Below are positions 1 to 10,136 of a DNA stretch of 64,000 bases, one piece after another. The DNA is from Magnetococcales bacterium (lineage in GTDB: Bacteria > Pseudomonadota > Magnetococcia > Magnetococcales > Magnetaquicoccaceae): the NCBI GenBank assembly GCA_015232825.1, contig JADFYY010000001.1:20978-84977 (forward strand), written 5' to 3'. Position 1 is the stretch's first letter; each line of letters starts with the position of its first letter. Under the pieces are notes generated by a model. It had not been told where the DNA came from and did not search any database. It saw nothing but the letters and a program-made list of their open reading frames with translations. The position numbers were made by a program, and so were the translations under genes.

Positions 1-2
1 TT

Positions 3-1688
3 TATCTGAAAAATCGGACAGCCGGAAATATCCACTCAAGCACGTTACGACAGGCCTATTGTGAAAAGGATCAAATGTTTCTGCCTGATCGCTTCATTCG
101 CGGCACCTGTCCGGCCTGTGGAGCCGAAGATCAATATGGCGATGCGTGCGAATCCTGTTCAAAAAACTACGCACCGTTGGATTTAAAAAACGCCAAGTGC
201 GCCTTGTGTGGCACCAAACCAGTGGAAAAGAATTCTGAACACCTCTTTTTCAAACTGACCCATTTTGAAGCGTTTCTCAAGACCTGGATCCACTCTGGTG
301 CCTTGCAACCAGAAATGGCCAATAAACTCGATGAATGGTTCTTATCCGGTTTACAAGATTGGGATATCTCCAGAGATGGCCCTTATTTCGGCTTTGAAAT
401 CCCAGACGCGCCTGGAAAATATTTCTATGTCTGGCTGGATGCCCCGGTCGGTTATATGGCCTCCTGCCTGGAATGGTGCAAACGCCATAATCGGGATTTC
501 GCTGAATTTTGGCGACGCGACGATCTGGTGGAAGTCTATCATTTTATTGGCAAGGATATTCTTTATTTTCATACCCTTTTTTGGCCAGCCATGCTTAAAG
601 GCGCAGGTCTGCGTTCACCAACATCGGTATTCACGCATGGATTTCTGACGGTCAATGGACAAAAAATGTCTAAGTCCAGAGGAACATTCATCACTGCTCG
701 CCAATACCTGGAGACCTTGGATCCAGAATATCTGCGTTATTATTATGCAGCCAAATTGACCGCACGGGTCGATGACCTGGATCTGCAACTGGATGATTTT
801 ATGTTGCGGGTCAATAGCGACTTAGTAGGAAAAGTCGTCAATATCGCCTCTCGTACCGCTGGCTTTCTTCACAAGTCCTTTCAAGGCCGTCTGACCGCTA
901 CCTATCCAGAAGATGGCGGTCTGCATCAACAGTTTGTCACGGCGGGAGATGAAATCGCGGAATGGTACGAATCCCGTGAATTTTCTAAAGCCATGCGAAC
1001 CATCATGGCACTGGCCGATTCCGCCAATCGTTTTGTAGAAACCAAGGCACCCTGGACGCTGGCCAAACATCCCGAACAGGCTAAAGAGCTTCACGAAACC
1101 TGTACGATTGCCATCAACCTGTTTCGGTTGCTGATGATCTATCTGCAACCCGTGCTACCGGTTATGGCAGAAAAGACCAGAAAATTCTTACAGTTGCCGC
1201 CCTACTCCTGGGATGGACGTCTGCAACCTTTGTGTGACCAAACCATTCAGGAATTTTCTCATCTTATGGTGCGCGTGGATCCCAAAAAAGTGGAGGCACT
1301 CTTGAATACGACCACCCCCCCGACTCAACCGATTCAACCCCCTGCCCTATCGCCTGACAAAATTATTGATATTGAAGCTTTTTCTCAAGTCGAGCTGCGG
1401 GTGGCCAAAATTCTTCAAGCGGAACCGGTTGAAGGGGCTGACAAGCTGTTGCGTTTGACCCTGGATGTGGGTGAATTGGGTCAAAAAAATGTTTTTGCTG
1501 GCATTCGGGAAGCCTATCGACCCGATGAGATTGTCGGACGTTTGACAGTTCTGGTGGCCAATCTTCAACCACGTAAAATGCGTTTCGGGATCTCCGAAGG
1601 GATGATTCTGGCTGCTGGACCTGGGGGCAAAGAGCTGTTTTTGTTGTCACCAGATCAGGGGGCCAAACCTGGTATGCGTATTCGTTAA
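3..1688 (+). CDS. metG: Methionyl-tRNA synthetase, 5'-truncated by the window edge
   Basis: The frame is open from position 3 (YLKNRTAG...QMFLPDRF). It has Zn-knuckle CxxC motifs, WDISRD, YVWLDAP, the KMSKS motif and a C-terminal tRNA-binding (EMAP/Trbp111-like) domain. Confidence 0.97.
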   Translation, partial: YLKNRTAGNIHSSTLRQAYCEKDQMFLPDRFIRGTCPACGAEDQYGDACESCSKNYAPLDLKNAKCALCGTKPVEKNSEHLFFKLTHFEAFLKTWIHSGALQPEMANKLDEWFLSGLQDWDISRDGPYFGFEIPDAPGKYFYVWLDAPVGYMASCLEWCKRHNRDFAEFWRRDDLVEVYHFIGKDILYFHTLFWPAMLKGAGLRSPTSVFTHGFLTVNGQKMSKSRGTFITARQYLETLDPEYLRYYYAAKLTARVDDLDLQLDDFMLRVNSDLVGKVVNIASRTAGFLHKSFQGRLTATYPEDGGLHQQFVTAGDEIAEWYESREFSKAMRTIMALADSANRFVETKAPWTLAKHPEQAKELHETCTIAINLFRLLMIYLQPVLPVMAEKTRKFLQLPPYSWDGRLQPLCDQTIQEFSHLMVRVDPKKVEALLNTTTPPTQPIQPPALSPDKIIDIEAFSQVELRVAKILQAEPVEGADKLLRLTLDVGELGQKNVFAGIREAYRPDEIVGRLTVLVANLQPRKMRFGISEGMILAAGPGGKELFLLSPDQGAKPGMRIR

Positions 1689-1711
1689 CCCCTAGAAAAA
1701 AGCAGAATCTT

Positions 1712-3433
1712 ATGGAAACTCAGCAAAAAAAAGTTTTATTATTGACAGATTCTGGTACAGTCAACCTGATGTTGAAGGGGTCTTTGCAAGGTCAAGGTTA
1801 TGCGGTGACGGTATTACAATCGATCCATGCCGATTTTTTTAATACCATTGTCACGGCCCAACCTGACATGATTTTTTTACGTACCGAACTCACACATGCC
1901 AACGGATTGGAAGTGTGTGATCGCATCAAAAAAGAACCACTCCTTGCCAAGACACGGATTGTGTTTCTCTCCTCCAATCCCACGGTGAGGGAGCAAGCCA
2001 TTGAGCATCGCGCCGATCATTTTTTGACATTGCCTTTCTCGACTTCCGATGTTCTGGCTACTGCGGCGTTGTTCACGGTTTCCAAGCCGGTTATTCTCTA
2101 TGTAGACGATAGTGATTTAATGCATGCCACTGTCGTTCCCCATCTCAAGGAGGAAGGATTTGAACTCCTGGAAGCTTGGGATGGTCGGGAGGCCATGGAG
2201 ATCATCGATGAACGTAATCGTCAAATCGATCTCATTCTTTCCGATGTTGAAATGCCTGTGATGGATGGCATTATGTTTTGCAAAACGGTGCGTTCTTCGC
2301 CCATTTCGGATGTCCCATTTGTGCTGCTGACCTCACTGGATTCCGACGATGCCGTGACAAGGGGATTTGATGCTGGAGCGGACGATTATCTGACCAAACC
2401 TGTGGTGATTCATGAACTTGTCTCACGAATCAAACGGTTGCTCAAAGCTGGACATCAGGAGGCTACCCGTCCCGAACGCATCTTGCTAGTAGACGACTCT
2501 CCAGTGATTCGCGGTATGATGCTCAAGGCCTTGCGTTCTCACGGCTTCCAGGCCGATGCCGTTGAGCATGGTGTGGCCGCTCTTGCCAAACTCCATGAGC
2601 AAAAATTTCATCTCATGGTGACCGATTACGATATGCCCCATATGAACGGGTTGGACTTGTGCATTAAAATTCGTCAGGAACCCTCGACTTGGAAGCAAAT
2701 TCCCATCATTTTCATGACGGCCAGAGAGGCCAAAGCCGATGAGATTCGCGTTAGGTCTGTTGGGGTGCAATCCTTCATTAACAAACCGTTTAATGCTGAC
2801 CGTTTTCTAGCGGAAACCGAACGGGTGTTGGCGGAGTGCCGTTTGGAGAAACAAAATCGTTTACTCTCCCATTATTTTTCTGATCAGGCCGTCCGGGCTG
2901 GGGATCAATTCAGGACGATTTTGTGTATCGGGGTGGCGAATTTTCGTTCCCTGACCAAAACTCATGATGCCAAAAAATTAATTTCCATGTTGAACCATTA
3001 TTATATCTGCTTGCATGAAATTCTGGATCGATGCAGCGTGATGGTGGACAACATTCAGGAAAACCAACTGTTTGTTTCCTTTGGCAATCAGGATCAAGGG
3101 GCCATGCTGGCCATCGAATGCGCCAAAAGTGTACACAAGGCGATTCCTGAATTACAGCGTCGCGCCGGTGTGGATTTGCAAGTGCAAACCGGAATTCACT
3201 CTGGGAGGCTTATTTTCGGTATTCTGGATGGATTTTTTCTTCAACAACAGACCATCACGCTAATCGGTGAAAGTTTGGAGCTTGCCAAACGGGTGCAAGA
3301 TCAAGCCAATCCCGGTGATGTCATTCTTTCGGAAACCACCTTTGCCTTGGTGCAAAGTTTGGTTCGTACCAAAGCCAAAGGCACTGTAAAAACCAAAGAT
3401 GGGGTCATGCAGGTGTTTCAGGTGAGTGATTGA
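1712..3433 (+). CDS. Multi-receiver response regulator (3 REC-like domains) with a degenerate C-terminal class III cyclase-like domain
   Basis: REC motifs YVDDS...SDVEMPVMDG...KP and LVDDS...TDYDMPHMNG...KP, plus a degenerate N-terminal REC. The C-terminus has a cyclase-like GIHSG segment. Confidence 0.8.
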   Translation: METQQKKVLLLTDSGTVNLMLKGSLQGQGYAVTVLQSIHADFFNTIVTAQPDMIFLRTELTHANGLEVCDRIKKEPLLAKTRIVFLSSNPTVREQAIEHRADHFLTLPFSTSDVLATAALFTVSKPVILYVDDSDLMHATVVPHLKEEGFELLEAWDGREAMEIIDERNRQIDLILSDVEMPVMDGIMFCKTVRSSPISDVPFVLLTSLDSDDAVTRGFDAGADDYLTKPVVIHELVSRIKRLLKAGHQEATRPERILLVDDSPVIRGMMLKALRSHGFQADAVEHGVAALAKLHEQKFHLMVTDYDMPHMNGLDLCIKIRQEPSTWKQIPIIFMTAREAKADEIRVRSVGVQSFINKPFNADRFLAETERVLAECRLEKQNRLLSHYFSDQAVRAGDQFRTILCIGVANFRSLTKTHDAKKLISMLNHYYICLHEILDRCSVMVDNIQENQLFVSFGNQDQGAMLAIECAKSVHKAIPELQRRAGVDLQVQTGIHSGRLIFGILDGFFLQQQTITLIGESLELAKRVQDQANPGDVILSETTFALVQSLVRTKAKGTVKTKDGVMQVFQVSD

Positions 3434-3616
3434 TTCACAAACCGATTTTTCTCAATAGCATACGAAAAAATTGTTGCACAACCATCACCATTGCATTGCG
3501 CCCTGATGGACTCAATCCAATATGGATGTTCTGTTTTCGCAATACATAATAAATGATGGCCAGAATGATGGCCAATAAACCCAAAAATCTGAACATGGTT
3601 TGTTTTGCATTCTCTA

Positions 3617-3651
3617 GATAAAATGCGCCCCCCTTTTTCAGGGGGGGCGCA
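3617..3651 (-). terminator. Rho-independent terminator downstream of korB
   Basis: Stem TGCGCCCCCC/GGGGGGCGCA followed on the minus strand by TTTTAT, about 25 nt after the korB stop. Confidence 0.75.
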
Positions 3652-3675
3652 CATGAAACTTAAGCGAAGCAAGAT

Positions 3676-4557
3676 CTATGGACGGAACAAGTCGATGATC
3701 TTGTTTTGATCGTAATCGGGATGTCCCCCGACCATTTTCACAATATTGGCCAAACGCTCATCCAGTGTTTCCCGGTCTTCCTTGTAGAGCAAACCCATGG
3801 GACGTCGGCCTTCCGCATCTCCACGAGCCAATTCCATGGCTGCTCCCAAATTGGAGGTATCATGACCTTCTGGCACATCAATCATCAGATCACGATAATA
3901 CTGAATGGTGTCGATCCGGTTGTAGGTGACGCATTGAGAATAGATATGAACATAAGAGAAACCCTTATGCTCAATCGCACCTTTAATCAAATCTGCGCAC
4001 ACCTTGGGTTTGCCAGCAAAGGCCTGGGCCACATAGGTGGCTCCATAGGTCAATTGATACAGCAAGGGATTCAAGGGATCGTCAGGACCGCCATACGGAG
4101 TCGTATAGGCTTTCAGTTCCCGACGGGAGGTGGGAGAATATTGTCCCTTGGTCAACCCATAAATGCCGTTGTCAAACAGGATGTAGGTCAGGTTGACATT
4201 GCGGCGCGCCATGTGGGGCAAATGACCGCCACCAATGGCATAACCATCGCCATCTCCACCCGTGACCACCACCAACTGGTCAGGACGAGCGAGTTGCACG
4301 CCTGTAGCCACCGGTCCAGCGCGACCATGCAGGGTGTGCATTTTGTAGGACTGAACAAAATAGGGTGTCCGCGAGGAGCAACCAATACCCGACACGTTGA
4401 TCATGTTGGTCGGATCCACCCCAGCTTCTGAGAAGGCACGCAAAATGCCATTCAGAATACCATGATGTCCGCAACCAGGACACCACACGACACTCACGTC
4501 AGACTTGTACTCCTTGGGAGCCATCTCTTTTTGATGCAAAGCGGCGGTAGACATCAA
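3676..4557 (-). CDS. korB: 2-oxoacid (2-oxoglutarate):ferredoxin oxidoreductase beta subunit
   Basis: WCPGCG, SGIGCS, HTLHGRA, the GDGD TPP-binding motif and YGLTKGQYSPT. Overlaps the korA stop. Confidence 0.9.
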   Translation of the reverse strand: MMSTAALHQKEMAPKEYKSDVSVVWCPGCGHHGILNGILRAFSEAGVDPTNMINVSGIGCSSRTPYFVQSYKMHTLHGRAGPVATGVQLARPDQLVVVTGGDGDGYAIGGGHLPHMARRNVNLTYILFDNGIYGLTKGQYSPTSRRELKAYTTPYGGPDDPLNPLLYQLTYGATYVAQAFAGKPKVCADLIKGAIEHKGFSYVHIYSQCVTYNRIDTIQYYRDLMIDVPEGHDTSNLGAAMELARGDAEGRRPMGLLYKEDRETLDERLANIVKMVGGHPDYDQNKIIDLFRP

Positions 4558-6272
4558 AGCACCTCCTTGACTTTGTTCACGATCATTGAGGGGTTAAACG
4601 GCAACCCGCCACAAATGGTATAGGAAATTGGACGAATGGAGGTCTCAGCCCGAATGAAATGGGCCAATTGTCCCTGGAAATTTACTTCAGGTACGAGGAT
4701 CTTTTTGCAGGTGGCCGCAAAGGCTTCGTACTGAGCGACAGGCATGGGCCACATCAGCTTGGGATAGAATCCCTTGGCTTTGATCCCCTCTTCCCGCAAT
4801 CTGGCAACAGCCTCACGAACCACACCAATGGTGCTGCCCCAGGCGATAATACCGATATCGGCCTCACCCGTGCCATCGACTTCTGTGGGCTTGTAGGTAT
4901 TGACCAGACCCGCATATTTACCAGTCCGTTTAGCCTGCATGGCCTCATGATTGGCCGGTGCCCACAAAGGAGCCCCATTAGGACCATGTTCCAGACCTGT
5001 GGCGATGTGTTCTCCGCCTGGGGTGCCTGGGTCGGCCATGGGAGAGATCAAGTCATCGGTCATGGCATAGCGAAAATACTTACCAACCCCATCCCACCGC
5101 TTGCGCTTCACCAGCGTATAGTTTTCCGGTTTAGGCGCGGGAACGGTCTGCGTAGAGAAGGCCAAAGATCCATCCGACAACAAAATAACCGGGCATTGGA
5201 ACTGCTCAGCCATGTTGAGGGCGTCCACGGTCATGTCAATGCAGTCCTTCACGTCTTCCACAGACAAAACAATGCGTGGGGCATCGCCGTGGGTGCCGTG
5301 AATGGCCAGGAACAGGTCAGATTGCTCGTGTTTGGTTGGCAGTCCCGTGGAGGGGCCACCCCGTTGCACGTCCACCAGCATGCAGGGAATTTCACCCATG
5401 AAGGCCATGCCAAGCAGTTCGCTCATCAGAGAGAGTCCAGGACCAGATGTGGCAGTCATGGATTTTTTGCCAGCATAGGATGCGCCCAGAACTTGACCAA
5501 TCGAAGAGATTTCGTCTTCAGCCTGTACCAAGGTTCCGCCTTTTTTAGGCAGATGGGTGGCGACAAATTTGGCAATTTCGGTGGCGGGGGTGATCGGATA
5601 GGCAGAGAAAAATTCCAACCCACCCAGCACCGCACCCATTCCAATGGCGTCGTTGCCAGAGATAATGATGACATCCTTGGAGGCTACCGCATCGGCCACA
5701 CGCCGGGAATCGACCTTTTTATGAGCAAGTCCCAACTCTTTGCCTTTTTCAAACGCCTTGAGGTTGAAATCCAGGATTTCTTCGCCCTTTTTCTTGAATT
5801 TCTTGGTCAAGACCTGTTTCACAGTATCTTCGTTGATATTGAACAGGGCAGAAAGAGCCCCCATGGCCACCATGTTTTTGGAACGATAAGAACCCAGTTC
5901 CTTGGCAGCCTGCGACATGGGGATGGGATAGGCCGTGACCCCTTCTGGGATGGCTTCCGGTTCAAAATCTCCACCTGGATAATCATACACAAAGACCGTA
6001 CCCGGTTTCAGGAGATGTTTGTTCAACTCATAGGCTTCGCCATTGTAGGCGCAAAAGACATCAAAGGTGTCTCCCTGGTTGAAAATTCTCTCGGAACTGA
6101 CCCGAATTTGATACATGCAATAGCCGCCTTTGACTTCAGCCGGAAAGGTCTTAAAAGTATAGACCTCCAACCCCGCTCTGGCGCACGCCGCCGCGATGAA
6201 ATCCCCGGTGGAGACGACACCTTCGCCCCCTTCCCCGGCGACCCGGATAATCAGATCATTTTCTTTTGACAT
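4554..6272 (-). CDS. korA: 2-oxoacid (2-oxoglutarate):ferredoxin oxidoreductase alpha subunit (gamma-alpha fusion)
   Basis: AGEGGEGV, YPITPATE, QAEDEI, TATSGPG and QRGGPSTGLPT motifs. Confidence 0.9.
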   Translation of the reverse strand: MSKENDLIIRVAGEGGEGVVSTGDFIAAACARAGLEVYTFKTFPAEVKGGYCMYQIRVSSERIFNQGDTFDVFCAYNGEAYELNKHLLKPGTVFVYDYPGGDFEPEAIPEGVTAYPIPMSQAAKELGSYRSKNMVAMGALSALFNINEDTVKQVLTKKFKKKGEEILDFNLKAFEKGKELGLAHKKVDSRRVADAVASKDVIIISGNDAIGMGAVLGGLEFFSAYPITPATEIAKFVATHLPKKGGTLVQAEDEISSIGQVLGASYAGKKSMTATSGPGLSLMSELLGMAFMGEIPCMLVDVQRGGPSTGLPTKHEQSDLFLAIHGTHGDAPRIVLSVEDVKDCIDMTVDALNMAEQFQCPVILLSDGSLAFSTQTVPAPKPENYTLVKRKRWDGVGKYFRYAMTDDLISPMADPGTPGGEHIATGLEHGPNGAPLWAPANHEAMQAKRTGKYAGLVNTYKPTEVDGTGEADIGIIAWGSTIGVVREAVARLREEGIKAKGFYPKLMWPMPVAQYEAFAATCKKILVPEVNFQGQLAHFIRAETSIRPISYTICGGLPFNPSMIVNKVKEVL

Positions 6273-6315
6273 TGAGTATTCCTTATTACAGAAGTGTAGA
6301 AACGATTCCCTTATT

Positions 6316-7188
6316 CTAGCCTTTCAGTGAGCGTTTGATTACAATGCCCATTTCTGCTGGAGACCGGGCGATATGGACTCCAGCCTGCTCCAGTGCTTCA
6401 AACTTTTCGGCGGCAGTTCCCTTACCACCAGAGATAATAGCACCGGCATGTCCCATCCGTTTGCCCTTAGGCGCGGTGGCTCCAGCGATAAACGCCGTTA
6501 CCGGTTTGGTCATGTGGGCCTTGATCCAGGCTGCGGCCTCTTCTTCGGCGGTACCGCCGATTTCACCGATCATGATGACCGCTTCGGTTTGAGGATCGTT
6601 TTGGAACATGGAAAGACAGTCAATAAAATTGGTGCCATTGATCGGGTCGCCACCCAGGCCAACGCAGGTGGTTTGTCCCAAGCCCACGGCTGTGGTTTGG
6701 GCCACGGCTTCATAAGTCAATGTGCCAGATCTGGAAACCACACCAATACTGCCCACTTTATGGATATGTCCCGGCATGATACCGATCTTGCAGGCCCCAG
6801 GGGTGATAACTCCCGGACAGTTCGGACCCACCAGACGGGTGGCACGGCCAGTCAAGAACCGTTTGACCTTGACCATATCCAGAACCGGAATCCCTTCGGT
6901 GATACAGACCACCAATTTCACGCCCGCATCGGCGGCTTCCATGATGGCATCAGCGGCAAAGGGAGGCGGGACAAAAATGACCGATGCATCCGCGCCGGTC
7001 TCCCGGACGGCTTCGGCCACGGTGTTGAAAACCGGTCTGTCAAGGTGTCTGCTCCCACCTTTGCCAGGAGTCACGCCCCCGACCAGTTGGGTGCCGTATG
7101 CGATGGCTTGTTCGGAATGAAACGTTCCGTTTGCCCCAGTGAATCCCTGGCAAATTACCCGGGTGTTCTTGTCAACCAAAATGCTCAT
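6316..7188 (-). CDS. sucD: Succinyl-CoA synthetase alpha subunit
   Basis: MSILV...[20 protein letters not shown] and the RMGHAGA phospho-His motif. Confidence 0.97.
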   Translation of the reverse strand: MSILVDKNTRVICQGFTGANGTFHSEQAIAYGTQLVGGVTPGKGGSRHLDRPVFNTVAEAVRETGADASVIFVPPPFAADAIMEAADAGVKLVVCITEGIPVLDMVKVKRFLTGRATRLVGPNCPGVITPGACKIGIMPGHIHKVGSIGVVSRSGTLTYEAVAQTTAVGLGQTTCVGLGGDPINGTNFIDCLSMFQNDPQTEAVIMIGEIGGTAEEEAAAWIKAHMTKPVTAFIAGATAPKGKRMGHAGAIISGGKGTAAEKFEALEQAGVHIARSPAEMGIVIKRSLKG

Positions 7189-7202
7189 GGAACAACCCTC
7201 CC

Positions 7203-8363
7203 TTATTGAATGGATGCCACAACTTTGGTGGCGGCGTCGTCAAGATCATCAGCAGGAATAATGGCTAGACCCGACTGACGCAGAATTTCCTTACCCCGAT
7301 CCACATTGGTTCCTTCAAGACGCACCACCAGAGGCACCTTGACGTCAACCTGCCGTGCGGCGGCTACAACACCATCTGCGATGACATCGCAACGCATGAT
7401 GCCACCAAAGATATTGATCAAAACCGCCTTAACATTTGGATCGGACAAGATCAATTGCAAAGCAGCCGTCACCGACTCCGTGGTGGCTCCACCGCCAACA
7501 TCCAAGAAATTGGCAGGACTTCCACCCTTGATCTTGATGATATCCATGGTGGCCATAGCCAGACCGGCTCCATTGACCATACAACCAATGCTGCCGTCTA
7601 AGGAGATGTAATTGAGATCATGCTTGGAGGCGGCTACTTCGCGGGGGTTTTCTTCGTCAAGATCGCGCAATTCCAGGATATCCTTGTGACGATACAAGGC
7701 ATTGCCGTCAAAATTCATTTTGGCATCCAGGGCCATCACATCCCCTTCCTTGGTGACCACCAGGGGATTGATTTCAACCAAAGAGGCATCAGTCGAAATA
7801 AAGGCGTTGTACAATGCGGTCATGAACTGCACGCCCTTGCCCACTTGTCCCCCTTCAAGACCCAATCCAAAGGCCAGATTACGGGCCTGAAAGGCCTGAA
7901 AACCAACGGCGGGATCAATGGCTTCCTTGAGGATTTTTTCAGGAGTTCTTGCGGCGACCTCTTCGATCTCCATGCCCCCTTCGGTGGAGGCCATCATCGT
8001 GACACGACCTGTGGCTCGGTCGATGACCATGCCCAGATAGAGTTCACGGGCGATGTTACACCCCTCCTCCACATAAATCCGCTTGACTTCCTTGCCTTGT
8101 GGACCTGTTTGCTTGGTAATCAGGGTCATACCAAGCATCCGTTTGGCTTCCTCGCGGACCTCGTCAATGGATTTGACCACCTTGACCCCACCGCCTTTAC
8201 CCCGTCCCCCGGCGTGTATTTGTGATTTGACCACAAACACGGCGGATCCCAACTCTTTTGCTCCGGTTTCGGCTTCCGCTGGGGTGTATGCTACCTGCCC
8301 CCTAGGAACTTTGATCCCAAACCCGGCCAGAATTTTTTTTGCTTGATATTCATGAATGTTCAT
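7203..8363 (-). CDS. sucC: Succinyl-CoA synthetase beta subunit
   Basis: [43 protein letters not shown] and RLEGTN. Confidence 0.97.
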   Translation of the reverse strand: MNIHEYQAKKILAGFGIKVPRGQVAYTPAEAETGAKELGSAVFVVKSQIHAGGRGKGGGVKVVKSIDEVREEAKRMLGMTLITKQTGPQGKEVKRIYVEEGCNIARELYLGMVIDRATGRVTMMASTEGGMEIEEVAARTPEKILKEAIDPAVGFQAFQARNLAFGLGLEGGQVGKGVQFMTALYNAFISTDASLVEINPLVVTKEGDVMALDAKMNFDGNALYRHKDILELRDLDEENPREVAASKHDLNYISLDGSIGCMVNGAGLAMATMDIIKIKGGSPANFLDVGGGATTESVTAALQLILSDPNVKAVLINIFGGIMRCDVIADGVVAAARQVDVKVPLVVRLEGTNVDRGKEILRQSGLAIIPADDLDDAATKVVASIQ

Positions 8364-8385
8364 ATTTTCTCACCAGTTTTGCTCC

Positions 8386-8417
8386 GTTTCAATCCACGTC
8401 CCCGCACGGGGGGCGAC
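8386..8417 (-). repeat. Solitary type I-C-like CRISPR repeat, copy 1 (frdA-sucC intergenic)
   Basis: The minus strand reads GTCGCCCCCCGTGCGGGGACGTGGATTGAAAC: 32 nt with a GC hairpin and the 3' GTGGATTGAAAC end typical of I-C repeats. It is 30/32 identical to the copy at 9794-9825. No neighbouring repeat-spacer units. Confidence 0.85.
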
Positions 8418-8430
8418 TTAAATGCACACA

Positions 8431-10128
8431 TCAAACCGGTTGAACTGTCCCATACGTCGGTAACAATCGGGGAGCAGTGATTCCAGGTTGAATGCCTGCA
8501 GACTCCAGTTGTTCCAAAAAGGCCTCCAAATGACCAAGTCCTGGATCCTGGACATGCCTGGAGGTTGCGGCAAACTCGGCGGCACTCAAACCCGCCCGAC
8601 GACCAAACACCATGATTTCCAACAAGGCATTCCCCATGAGTCGATTGCGACCATGTACCCCGCCCGTCACCTCACCGGCTGCAAAGAGTCCTGGCATATC
8701 GGTTCCGCCATTTGGCCAGATGACCACCCCGCCATTTTGATAATGGAGCGTGGGAAAAGCCAACAGCGGCACCTGACGAAGATCCAGACCCATGGCATGA
8801 TATTCTTTATAACGGCCAGGAAATTCCCGTTCAATGGTTCCTCGACCGTGGATAAAATCGATCATGGGAATATCCAGCCACACCCCTACCCCGCCGCCAG
8901 GAACCGTAACCCCGTTGCCAAATTCGGTGCATTCACGAATGATGGCGGCTGTGGTTACATCGCGCGGCTCTAAGCTGAAAACAAACTCTTCGCCATGACG
9001 ATTGAGAATCTGGGCACCCAGCCCCCGAAATTTTTCAGTAAGCAACAATCCCGTCAATTTTTCAGGAAACATCACTCCCGTTGGATGATACTGGCAATTT
9101 TGCAAGTCCCGCAATGGAACACCTGCTCGATAGGCCAAAACCAATCCATCTGCTGTGGCTCCAGGGTGGTTGGAGGTCGGAAAACCTTGAAAATGGAGAC
9201 GTCCGAATCCACCCGTAGCCAATATCACGGCTTTGGCTTGGACGACAATCACCTTTCCGGTGGTGATTTGTTCCAATACGGCCCCAACGGCCCGACCGTT
9301 TTCGTCGGTCAGCAATTCAACCGCTGGAGAGAACTGTAATACGGAGATCTCCTCCTGACAGTTCATACGATCCTTGAGAACACGCATCATTTCCAATCCG
9401 GTGACATCGCCTGCGGCATGGACCCGCTTACGGGATGTCCCACCCCCATGACGCACCTTCATGCGACCTGTGGGATATTTGTCAAACAGCATGCCCAACT
9501 CTTCGAGCCAGCGCAGGATTGCGGGAGCTTCCGTCACCATTGCCTCAACCAGATCGGCATTGCTGCTGAAGTGTCCGCCACCCATGATATCCAGAAAATG
9601 CTGGGCTGGGGAGTCGCACTCGTGATCTGCAACCTGCATCCCCCCTTCGGCCATCCTGGTATTGGAGTCGCCGTGCCGCAATTTAGTGGCCAGTACCACC
9701 TTGGCTCCTTTTTCAGCCGCGACAATGGCCGCTGCGGTACCGGCTCCGCCACCACCAATCACCAATACATCCGTGATGATATCCGGTGTGAGTGTTTCAA
9801 TCCACGCCCCCGCACGGGAGGCGACTTGGGAGTCCCCCTGCTCCTTGAGCAACCGCATGATCGATGGACGAGGCCATGATTCCAATAGGTTGGCCAGTTC
9901 GCAGGGCATCTCACTTCCTTTTGACGTGCCAACGACCAAGGCCCTGCGACCGCCCTCTCGGTAATCCGGGTGCGCTTCAGCCAACAGGGCGCGACGATCC
10001 GAAAGCGAGAGGGATTCAATGCGTATTCCCCGTTGTCGATTAGAAAGTCGTGCCTCACGGGATCTTTGCACCAGACGGGCGGACTCTCGCAAAGCTTCAG
10101 GAAAAACACTTAAATAGTTTGTTGACAT
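8431..10128 (-). CDS. Fumarate reductase/succinate dehydrogenase-family flavoprotein (soluble, TfrA-like)
   Basis: FAD-binding DVLVIGGGGAG, HGGGTSRKR, QYHPTG, LLLTEKFRG, HYQNGG and HGRNRLMGNAL. Lies in an operon with sucCD-korAB. Confidence 0.85.
   Translation of the reverse strand: MSTNYLSVFPEALRESARLVQRSREARLSNRQRGIRIESLSLSDRRALLAEAHPDYREGGRRALVVGTSKGSEMPCELANLLESWPRPSIMRLLKEQGDSQVASRAGAWIETLTPDIITDVLVIGGGGAGTAAAIVAAEKGAKVVLATKLRHGDSNTRMAEGGMQVADHECDSPAQHFLDIMGGGHFSSNADLVEAMVTEAPAILRWLEELGMLFDKYPTGRMKVRHGGGTSRKRVHAAGDVTGLEMMRVLKDRMNCQEEISVLQFSPAVELLTDENGRAVGAVLEQITTGKVIVVQAKAVILATGGFGRLHFQGFPTSNHPGATADGLVLAYRAGVPLRDLQNCQYHPTGVMFPEKLTGLLLTEKFRGLGAQILNRHGEEFVFSLEPRDVTTAAIIRECTEFGNGVTVPGGGVGVWLDIPMIDFIHGRGTIEREFPGRYKEYHAMGLDLRQVPLLAFPTLHYQNGGVVIWPNGGTDMPGLFAAGEVTGGVHGRNRLMGNALLEIMVFGRRAGLSAAEFAATSRHVQDPGLGHLEAFLEQLESAGIQPGITAPRLLPTYGTVQPV
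9794..9825 (-). repeat. Solitary type I-C-like CRISPR repeat, copy 2 (in frame inside the flavoprotein CDS)
   Basis: The minus strand reads GTCGCCTCCCGTGCGGGGGCGTGGATTGAAAC. It translates as VASRAGAWIET just before the FAD-binding motif. Confidence 0.85.
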
Positions 10129-10136
10129 AACCGAAC

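Noticed and set aside
3624-3651. GC-rich hairpin superficially like the CRISPR repeat stem
   Set aside because: It lacks GTGGATTGAAAC; its position and T-run fit an intrinsic terminator.
3706-8225. Long plus-strand ORFs (241, 536, 278 and 201 aa) antisense to korB, korA, sucD and sucC
   Set aside because: These are shadow frames typical of codon-biased, highly expressed genes; they have no motifs and fully overlap well-supported genes.
8386-9825. Calling the two repeats a CRISPR array
   Set aside because: There are only two copies, separated by 1376 bp of mostly coding sequence, with no 30-40 bp spacers, leader or cas genes. They are reported as solitary repeats.
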